Shown here: positions 1-9,743 of the stretch, in pieces
Numbering within the stretch: the first letter of the stretch is position 1
Layout of the letters: every line of letters starts with the position of its first letter
NCBI GenBank assembly: GCA_038217285.1
Contig: JBBQPO010000171.1
Span: forward strand, 1-13,189
Length of the DNA: 13,189 nucleotides
DNA from: Chthonomonadales bacterium
Lineage (GTDB): Bacteria > Armatimonadota > Chthonomonadetes > Chthonomonadales > Chthonomonadaceae
Direction: 5' to 3'
The notes under the pieces: model-generated
The model's database searches: none
What the model saw: only the letters and a program-made list of their open reading frames with translations
Told to the model about the DNA's origin: nothing
Position numbers and translations under genes: made by a program

Positions 1-1
1 G

Positions 2-106
2 GAGGGTTATCAGAACGACACTCCGGGGCGTCTGGTGGCGGCGGAAGCGGCGCGTATACCCGGTGTCAAAGAGATCGTCAACATGCTGGTGATCCGCGCA
101 CTTTAG
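2..106 (+). CDS. 3' end of a probable BON-domain protein (partial, begins before the window)
   Basis: Frame from position 2 reads EGYQNDTPGRLVAAEAARIPGVKEIVNMLVIRAL then TAG (104-106). A-x-x-IPGVKEIVN-x-L resembles the BON-domain C-terminal pattern (A..vpGV..V.N.L.V). Only 34 codons are visible and it is absent from the ORF track. Confidence 0.6.
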   Translation, partial: EGYQNDTPGRLVAAEAARIPGVKEIVNMLVIRAL

Positions 107-119
107 AGACCAGGGTAGG
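43..119 (+). repeat. Dispersed direct repeat, copy 1 (copy 2 at 1982-2071)
   Basis: 43-106 aligns ungapped with 1982-2045 at 56/64 identities by manual count. Weaker similarity continues past the stop to GGGTAGG in both copies. Confidence 0.95.
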
Positions 120-126
120 TTTATAC

Positions 127-227
127 CTGACGCCCACGGAAGGTATCAAGCGCGGTATACCGGTGGAGGACACAGGCGAACCGCTGAAGGCGCCGGTAGG
201 CAAAGGATCCTCTCGCGGATGTTCAAC
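127..227 (+). pseudogene. Frameshifted internal fragment of N-ATPase beta subunit (atpD) gene
   Basis: 127-227 aligns with 7521-7622 in atpD. The core 149-227 vs 7543-7622 has 2 substitutions and a 1-bp deletion (AAAGGATCC vs AAAGGGATCC). It translates as [33 protein letters not shown] vs [34 protein letters not shown]. Confidence 0.92.
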
Positions 228-351
228 TTGCATCCGCAGGGAACCCTTTTGGCGCAAGCATTGTGATACCGTTGTATCCGCATGTTCGCTGCCGAAAGCA
301 GGGGACAGGGCGCCCAAAGGGCCTCTCGCCCGAACCGGGGAAGGAACGAAA

Positions 352-1299
352 ATGACAACACAGACAACCATGAAAGCGATTCGCCTCTCTGGCTACGGAG
401 GACCGGAGTTGCTGCGCTACGAAGAAGTTCCGCGTCCACAGCCGTCCCAGGGTGAGGCGTTGATCCGAGTCCACGCTGCATCAGTGAATCCGATCGACTG
501 GCATCTCCGCTCCGGCGCGATGCAGCAGATCATGCCGCTGCAGTTCCCCTACACGCCCGGCAGCGATTTTGCGGGTGTCGTCGAGAGCGTCGCCGACGGC
601 ATGACGACCGTTCACGTCGGGCAGGAGGTCTACGGTTCTGTGCCAGGGACGCGCGGCGGCGCCTATGCGGAGTACCTCGCGGCCCCTGTATTGGCGCTGG
701 CGCCGAAGCCGCACACCCTGGATTTCTCCCAGGCGGCCTCCGTGCCGATCGTAGCGTTGACGGCCTGGCAGGCCCTCTTCGACAAGGCTGGGCTTGCCGC
801 AGGCCAGTCGATTTTGATTCACGGGGGAGCAGGCGGCGTGGGAATGTTCGCGGTCCAGTTCGCCCGATGGAAGGGCGCCCACGTGACCGCCACAGCTTCC
901 GCAGCGGACGCGGAGTTCGTGCGGAGCCTGGGCGCAGGGGAAGTGATCGACTACAAGGACGAACGCTTCGAGGAGAAGGTGTCCGGTCTCGATGTCGTCC
1001 TGGACCTGATCGGTGGGGAGACGCAGCAACGCTCCTGGCAGACGCTCAAGCCGGGCGGTATTCTCGTGGCGTCCACCGCGCCGCCGTCACAGGAAGAGGC
1101 GACAAAGCACGGCGTTCGGGCCGCCATGGTGCAGATGCAGGGCAGCAGCGCACTGCTGGCGGAGATCGCCGGCCTAATCGATAGCGGGCAGATCAAAACG
1201 CTGGTGGGCGCGACCTTCCCGTTGGAACAGGCTGCACAGGCCCAGGAGGCGAGCCGAACCGGCCACGTGCGCGGTAAAATCGTGATCGAGATCGCCTGA
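352..1299 (+). CDS. NADP-dependent oxidoreductase, MDR superfamily (NADPH:quinone reductase / zeta-crystallin-like), about 315 aa
   Basis: Motifs MKAIR..YGGPE.L, VHAASVNPID, PG.DFAG.V, GAYAEY, IHGGAGGVG (Rossmann) and C-terminal H.RGKIV, with no catalytic Zn cysteines. Start placed at ATG 352 after GGAAGGA (339-345); alternative start ATG 370. Confidence 0.9.
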   Translation: MTTQTTMKAIRLSGYGGPELLRYEEVPRPQPSQGEALIRVHAASVNPIDWHLRSGAMQQIMPLQFPYTPGSDFAGVVESVADGMTTVHVGQEVYGSVPGTRGGAYAEYLAAPVLALAPKPHTLDFSQAASVPIVALTAWQALFDKAGLAAGQSILIHGGAGGVGMFAVQFARWKGAHVTATASAADAEFVRSLGAGEVIDYKDERFEEKVSGLDVVLDLIGGETQQRSWQTLKPGGILVASTAPPSQEEATKHGVRAAMVQMQGSSALLAEIAGLIDSGQIKTLVGATFPLEQAAQAQEASRTGHVRGKIVIEIA

Positions 1300-1544
1300 G
1301 CCGCCTGAGGAGGCCCTGATCCAGATAGGCGTCGGCCCACTCCCAACCATCCGGAACGAGAATTCCATCCACCGTCCACTCCAGAAAGAATGCGGCAGGC
1401 AGGCTCGATCTGGGCCGTCCGGGAGGCATATCCCAGATCGTCCGGGTATAGCCATGCCGCGTAAGCAGACCTCACCCCGAAGAGAATCGTCAAGCGTCTC
1501 CAACTTGCTCTCTTAAACTCCGGCGGGCCCCATCGGTAGAAAGG

Positions 1545-1695
1545 CCAGGAGAGGCTTTTCCCTGTCTGCTGGTAATGCGCCCTCCGGCGGGCAAGCACCC
1601 AGTTTCAGACCACTCTGCGACAGCCTGCAAACTGACGGAATCTCTCCTTCTGTCTCGTGGGTGGGATGGATCCTATACGGATAGCATTTCTGCAA
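1545..1695 (-). pseudogene. tnpB: Decayed 5' fragment of an IS200/IS605-family tnpB (OrfB helix-turn-helix region)
   Basis: Joining three minus-strand ORF pieces across one +1 frameshift (~1659) and one TGA (1605-1607) gives MQKCYPYRIHPT/TRQKERFRQFAGCRRVV*NWVLARRRAHYQQTGKSLSW. This matches the TnpB N-terminal pattern (Y.YR.YPT..Q...F.Q..GC.R.VWNW.LA.R...Y...GK.LS). No RuvC or zinc finger is visible. Confidence 0.8.
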
Positions 1696-1709
1696 TTACA
1701 CAAATAGTT

Positions 1710-1733
1710 TACATATGAATGGAACCATATGTA
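1710..1733. promoter_or_regulatory. Perfect 8-bp inverted repeat TACATATG-N8-CATATGTA in an AT-rich patch (operator or IS-end hairpin)
   Basis: Read directly: 1710-1717 and 1726-1733 are reverse complements. It lies between the divergent tnpB remnant (-) and the phosphatase chimera/tpi unit (+). Function is inferred. Confidence 0.45.
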
Positions 1734-1823
1734 TACAGCTTGCGTCACTCCCCTGTCCAGACGCGACTTCTGAGACGTATAAAGCGGAACGAGCCCGCGA
1801 GTCAAAACAGAATGGGGTGCGGC

Positions 1824-2045
1824 ATGATAACCAGTGCCCTATATCGCGAGAAACCTGCGGCAGAGCAGCACGAGAAAAAGACTCCCTTCCGCCTCTACTT
1901 TGTGCGGCACGGTGAAACGACGTGGTCGCTCACCGGGCAGTACACCGGTTGTACGGACCTTCCCTTGACGACGCACGGTGAGGAGGCGGCGCGTGTGCCC
2001 GGTGTCAAAGAGATTATCAACATGCTGGTGATCCGTGCGCTCTAG
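1824..2045 (+). pseudogene. Truncated histidine phosphatase (phosphoglycerate mutase-like) N-terminus fused in frame to a BON-like C-terminus, 73 aa
   Basis: RLYFVRHGETTWSLTGQYTGCTDLPLTTHGEEAAR is the RHG-motif N-terminus of the family (RHG at 1905-1913). The SPL.RA and second-His regions are absent and are replaced by VPGVKEIINMLVIRAL, a copy of the protein end at 2-106. The start is uncertain (1824 chosen, GGGGTG upstream). Confidence 0.8.
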
Positions 2046-2071
2046 GGGCTTGGGCTAGGGGCTTGGGTAGG
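1982..2071 (+). repeat. Dispersed direct repeat, copy 2, containing a perfect 13-bp tandem duplication (CTAGGGGCTTGGG x2, 2042-2067)
   Basis: Direct sequence comparison with 43-119; tandem units at 2042-2054 and 2055-2067. Confidence 0.95.
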
Positions 2072-2126
2072 CCGCTGCGTCTGCGTGCCTGCGAGGAGCC
2101 GATAGCAAACGAGGAAGGAGCCGGAC

Positions 2127-2897
2127 ATGCGTCAGAAATTCATCGTCGGCAACTGGAAGATGTATACCACTGCCACCGAGGCAAGGCAACTTGCAGAGGC
2201 AGTCGTGGAGGGGGCGGGCAGTGAAAACCGCGTGTCTGTCGCTCTCTGCCCACCCTTCCCCTATCTTGCCCTTGTCGGGGAGATTCTCAAGGGTAGCCCT
2301 GTTGCACTTGGAGCGCAAAACCTCTATCCCGCGAAGGAAGGCGCATTTACAGGCGAGGTCAGCCCGACGATGCTCCTCGATCTGAGCTGCAAGTACGTTA
2401 TCCTCGGGCACAGCGAGCGCCGACACATCCTGGGCGAGTCAGATGCGTTCATCAACCGGAAAATACGGGTTGCCTTGACCGCAGGGCTCGATGTGATCCT
2501 CTGCGTCGGCGAGACTGCGGAGCAACGCGGGGCCCACCAGACAGAAACGGTGCTCGACCGGCAACTCAGCGAAGGGTTGGCTGGCCTATCGGCGGATACC
2601 CTGTCCCGCCTGAGCATCGCCTACGAACCGCTCTGGGCCATCGGTAGTATGGGACACCACGCCACCCCGCAACAGGCTCAGGAGACGCACGCCGTCATTC
2701 GGCGCCGCTTCAGCCAGATGTTCGGGGAGACATCGGCTCAGACGCTTATCATTCAGTACGGCGGTAGTGTCAAGCCCGAAAACGCCTCTGCGCTGCTCTG
2801 TCAGCCCGGCGTGGACGGTGGCCTTATCGGCGGCGCCAGCCTGCACGCCGAACAGTTTTTGGCCATCGTCCAGGCCGGGATCAATGCGGTGGGATAG
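2127..2897 (+). CDS. tpiA: Triosephosphate isomerase family protein, 256 aa
   Basis: Motifs GNWKM, GAQN, GAFTGEVS, GHSERR, AYEP.WAIG, YGGSV and GGASL; RBS GAGGAAGGAG at 2111-2120. Loop 6 is atypical (see findings). Confidence 0.93.
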   Translation: MRQKFIVGNWKMYTTATEARQLAEAVVEGAGSENRVSVALCPPFPYLALVGEILKGSPVALGAQNLYPAKEGAFTGEVSPTMLLDLSCKYVILGHSERRHILGESDAFINRKIRVALTAGLDVILCVGETAEQRGAHQTETVLDRQLSEGLAGLSADTLSRLSIAYEPLWAIGSMGHHATPQQAQETHAVIRRRFSQMFGETSAQTLIIQYGGSVKPENASALLCQPGVDGGLIGGASLHAEQFLAIVQAGINAVG

Positions 2898-2979
2898 GAG
2901 CCGATTTCCACGATTGAGACGTAGGCGCGGAAGTGGTTGGGAGACCGGAAAATCCGGAACTGAAAGCGGGCAATACAAG

Positions 2980-3481
2980 ATGGATAATATGCTAAGTATT
3001 GGCATTGCAGCAGATCACGGCGGGTTTGAATTGAAATCCTACTTGACGACAGCCCTCAAGGCCGCCGGACATGAGGTGTTGGACTTCGGCGCCCATACTC
3101 TGGGGACCGGAGATGATTATCCGGATTTTGTGGTGCCCATGGCCAGGGCAGTGGCGAGCGGTGAGGTCACCCGGGGCGTGGCTATCTGCGGCAGCGGGGT
3201 CGGAGCCAGCATGGCGGCCAATAAGGTTTGCGGCGTGCGGGCAGCCTTGATCATGGATGCCTTCTCCGCGCATCAGGGGGTGGAGGACGACGACATGAAC
3301 GTGTTGTGTCTGGGTGGCCTGGTCATCGGCCATGCGCTCGCTCTGGACCTGGTCCAGACGTTCCTGCACGCCCGTTTCAAGGGAGGAGAACGATTCAAAC
3401 GCCGCCTGGCAAAAGTGGCGACGTTAGAACAAGAGCAGGCGTCGCCGGGATCGACAAGCAGCCAACCGAAGGAGAAGCCGC

Positions 3482-3507
<26 letters not shown>
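2980..3507 (+). CDS. rpiB: RpiB/LacA/LacB family sugar-phosphate isomerase, about 175 aa
   Basis: Motifs [25 protein letters not shown] (catalytic Cys), ANKV.GVRAA and NVLCLG. Start at ATG 2980 or 2989, not 2767. The 3' end overlaps pgi by 26 nt. Confidence 0.88.
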
Positions 3508-5128
<1,621 letters not shown>

Positions 5129-5247
5129 GACCCGTACCGTGAACTCTGGCGCGCTCAGCGTCGGTGAAAGAGCCCTGGCAAACATGGCAGCCATTCCCAC
5201 AAGGGAATCCCAACCGGCAGCCAAAGGGAAAAAGGATTGAAAGTATC

Positions 5248-6333
5248 ATGCAAGCGACCCAAAAACTCCATGAAATGGGCCAGAGTCTCTGGCTCGATAA
5301 CATTACCCGCGGCCTGTTGGCCAGCGGCACGCTTCGCCGCTACATACGGGATTTCTCGATCACGGGGCTCACTTCCAACCCCACGATCTTCGACCACGCC
5401 ATCAAGAACAGCCACGACTACGACGACGCCATACGACAGAAAGTGAAAGCAGGCAAGTCGGGCGAGGCGCTGTTCTTCGAGCTGGCGATAGAGGATCTAA
5501 GGCAGGCAGCCGATCTATTTCAGCCAATCCATGACCGGACGAACGGCGTGGACGGTTGGGTGTCTCTGGAGGTCTCTCCGGCGCTGGCCCACGACACGGC
5601 CGGCACTCTCGCCGCAGTCAAAGAGCTCCATGCCCGTGCAGAACGGCCCAACCTGTTCATCAAGATCCCAGGTACCAGCGAGGGGCTTCCCGCGATCGAG
5701 GAAGCGATCTTCGCAGGTGTGCCGGTCAACGTGACGCTGCTGTTCTCCCGCGATCAGTACGCTGCGGCTGCGGAGGCGTACCTGCGCGGCATCGAGCGGC
5801 GCATCGCCGAAGGACTGAATCCCGAGGTCGGCTCTGTGGCGTCGATGTTCATCAGCCGCTGGGACGTCGCGGTGATGGACGAGACGCCGGCGTCCCAGCG
5901 CAACCAACTCGGGATTGCAGTGGCCGGACAGACTTACGAGACGTACCGCTTATTGATCGAGTCACCGCGCTGGCAACGCATCTTGAACGCCGGCGCCCGC
6001 TGGCAGCGCCTCCTCTGGGCCAGCACCGGGACCAAGGATCCTGAAGCCTCCGATACCCTTTACATTCAGGCGCTCGCCGCACCGTTCACCGTGAACACGA
6101 TGCCCGAGGCCACGTTGCAGGCTCTCGCTGATCATGGTGAGATCGACGAGGGCTTGCCGACGCGTGCCTGCGCCTCAGAGGAGGTGTTGGCCAGGTTCGC
6201 CAGGGCCGGGATTGACACCGACTCCCTGGCGATCCGACTCCAGGATGAAGGGGCCGAAGGGTTCGTCAAGTCCTGGAACGAACTGCTGGCGTCTATCGCG
6301 TCCAAAGGCGAGGCGCTTAAGACATCTGGCTAA
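5248..6333 (+). CDS. tal: Transaldolase (long, about 361 aa, actinobacterial/plant-like type)
   Basis: Motifs GQSLWLD, TSNPTIF, VSLEVSP, FIKIP (Schiff-base Lys), [15 protein letters not shown] and TVNTMP. Start placed at ATG 5248 after AAGGA. Confidence 0.95.
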   Translation: MQATQKLHEMGQSLWLDNITRGLLASGTLRRYIRDFSITGLTSNPTIFDHAIKNSHDYDDAIRQKVKAGKSGEALFFELAIEDLRQAADLFQPIHDRTNGVDGWVSLEVSPALAHDTAGTLAAVKELHARAERPNLFIKIPGTSEGLPAIEEAIFAGVPVNVTLLFSRDQYAAAAEAYLRGIERRIAEGLNPEVGSVASMFISRWDVAVMDETPASQRNQLGIAVAGQTYETYRLLIESPRWQRILNAGARWQRLLWASTGTKDPEASDTLYIQALAAPFTVNTMPEATLQALADHGEIDEGLPTRACASEEVLARFARAGIDTDSLAIRLQDEGAEGFVKSWNELLASIASKGEALKTSG

Positions 6334-6416
6334 GGCCGAAAGAGAGACTCTGCCGGTTTCCATCCTTCATCGCTGCGCGGGTAGGATGCGAAACAGTCTG
6401 CTGCGAAGGGATAGAG

Positions 6417-7283
6417 ATGAAAATCGATTCACAGGATTTCCGGGTGCGGCCCGCAGAGACAGTCAAACTCCATGAGTTGCCGACGAGCGTGAAACGCTTC
6501 TTCAAGTCGAAGAAGCATTATAGGGCGCTTCTTGAAGAACACATCGAGGAGTTGAGCGCGCTGCAACGCCTTCACTATGCATCCAATCGCTATGCGTTGC
6601 TGCTGGTGTTTCAGGGGATGGACGCTGCCGGTAAAGACGGCGCCATTCGGCACGTCATGTCCGGAATCAACCCGCAGGGCTGCCAGGTGTTCAGTTTCAA
6701 GCAGCCGAGCGCCAACGAGTTAGAACACGATTTTCTGTGGCGCACGACCATCTGTCTGCCGGAACGCGGGCGGATCGGCATCTTCAATCGCTCTTACTAC
6801 GCGGAGGTGCTCATTGTAAAGGTGCATCCGGAGATTCTCCAGGGCCAGGGGCTTCCGGAGGAGCTGCTCGCCGATAAGAACCTCTGGAAAGGGCGGTATC
6901 ACTCCATCGTGGACATGGAGGAACATCTCCACCGTAACGGGACCCGGATCGTCAAGATCTTTCTCCACCTGTCGAAGGACGAACAGCGCAAGCGCTTCCT
7001 CGAACGCATCGATGAGCCGGACAAGAACTGGAAACTCGGCCCCTCTGACATACAGGAGAGGAGATACTGGGAGCAGTACATGCAGGCGTATGAGGAGTGC
7101 CTGGACGCGACCAGTACGCACCACGCACCCTGGTATGTCGTTCCCGCCGATGATAAGAAGAATGCCCGGTTGGTGGTATCTCAGATCGTCTTAGATGCGC
7201 TCAAGGAACTGAAGATGGCCTATCCTGAGACCACCGCGAAACGTCGGCAGGAACTGAAATCGATCCGTAAGCAGTTGACATAG
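6417..7283 (+). CDS. ppk2: Polyphosphate kinase 2 family protein (single domain, class III-like), 288 aa
   Basis: Walker [64 protein letters not shown] and [11 protein letters not shown]. Confidence 0.95.
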   Translation: MKIDSQDFRVRPAETVKLHELPTSVKRFFKSKKHYRALLEEHIEELSALQRLHYASNRYALLLVFQGMDAAGKDGAIRHVMSGINPQGCQVFSFKQPSANELEHDFLWRTTICLPERGRIGIFNRSYYAEVLIVKVHPEILQGQGLPEELLADKNLWKGRYHSIVDMEEHLHRNGTRIVKIFLHLSKDEQRKRFLERIDEPDKNWKLGPSDIQERRYWEQYMQAYEECLDATSTHHAPWYVVPADDKKNARLVVSQIVLDALKELKMAYPETTAKRRQELKSIRKQLT

Positions 7284-7316
7284 AGGAACCCCGCGGACTC
7301 CAGTCCGTCCGGGTAG

Positions 7317-9097
<1,781 letters not shown>

Positions 9098-9105
<8 letters not shown>

Positions 9106-9436
9106 GGAACCGATCAAACCGACTTCGAAAGGCGAGCCGACCTTTGCGGGAACCGTAGGGTCGAAAGCGGCGCGCAAGCTGCGGGCGCGCCGCACTTCCT
9201 CGGCAGGCTCCTGGTTCGGCCTGGGAATGATGGGGATTATCGGCTGGTCGGTCGCGGTGCCGACGCTGCTGGGCGCGGCGCTCGGTCTCTGGTTGGACAG
9301 CCACCATGGCGGGAGCCACTCATGGACGCTGGCGCTCCTCATTGCCGGCCTGGTGCTGGGCTGCTTCAATGGTTGGCGCTGGATCTCCCAGCAGGACAAC
9401 GCAATACGCGAGGAACAGGAGGACAACGATGCGTGA
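9098..9436 (+). CDS. atpQ: N-ATPase AtpQ (AtpZ/AtpI-family) membrane protein, 112 aa
   Basis: Two hydrophobic helices (GLGMMGIIGWSVAVPTLLGAALGLWLD; SWTLALLIAGLVLGC.N.W.W); position after atpC with an 8-nt overlap. Confidence 0.85.
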
Positions 9437-9743
9437 GACGCTGATAGGGGTGCTGTCCTGGGCGGCGGGAGCGGGACTCGGCACGATTTTCTTCGGCGGC
9501 CTCTGGTGGACGGTGCGCAAGGGCGCCGCCTCGCCTCAGCCTGCGCTCTGGTTTCTCGGCAGTATGCTGCTGCGGATGGGTCTGGCCCTGGCGGGTTTTT
9601 ACTTCGTGTCCGGCGGACACTGGGAGCGCTTACTGCTATGCCTCCTCGGCTTTGTCATGGCGCGCTTCGGGGTCACCTGGGTCACCCGGCCGTCGGAAGG
9701 AGACCGAACCCCCTCTACGTCGGAGACCTCCCATGCATCTTAG
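9429..9743 (+). CDS. atpR: N-ATPase-specific subunit AtpR, 104 aa
   Basis: G..LG.IFFGGLWWTVR, intramembrane Arg in S.LLR and GF..AR; lies between atpQ and atpB. Start ATG 9429 after GGAGGA. Confidence 0.88.
   Translation: MRETLIGVLSWAAGAGLGTIFFGGLWWTVRKGAASPQPALWFLGSMLLRMGLALAGFYFVSGGHWERLLLCLLGFVMARFGVTWVTRPSEGDRTPSTSETSHAS

Noticed and set aside
43-227. Diversity-generating retroelement template/variable repeat pairs (43-106 vs 1982-2045; 149-227 vs 7543-7622)
   Set aside because: The BON pair includes C/T differences and is mostly synonymous. The atpD pair has only two A/G changes plus an indel, with non-A differences in its 5' part. No reverse transcriptase is in the window.
284-335. 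c-di-GMP-I riboswitch suggested by GAAA...GGGAC
   Set aside because: It lacks the GGCAAAC and GACGCAAAG core elements and the second stem.
163-351. 63-aa N-terminal extension of the oxidoreductase ORF (163..1299)
   Set aside because: It is read-through of the frameshifted atpD fragment and spacer. Family similarity and a good RBS begin at 352/370.
951-1598. 215-aa minus-strand ORF as a real gene
   Set aside because: Only its first ~18 residues are meaningful (tnpB remnant). The rest crosses spacer DNA and the antisense strand of the oxidoreductase.
1719-1823. Longer start for the phosphatase chimera (ORF 1719..2045)
   Set aside because: It starts inside the palindrome with no RBS and no family-like sequence.
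2767-2979. N-terminal extension of rpiB, or a tpi-rpiB frameshift fusion
   Set aside because: It overlaps tpi in another frame, tpi ends normally after GGASL at full length, and RpiB similarity starts at ~2989.
5164-5247. Upstream GTG start for tal; short repeats GGCAGCCA x2 and hairpin ATTCCC-ACAA-GGGAAT in the pgi-tal gap
   Set aside because: Transaldolase similarity starts at ATG 5248. The repeats are too short to interpret and the hairpin has no U-tract.
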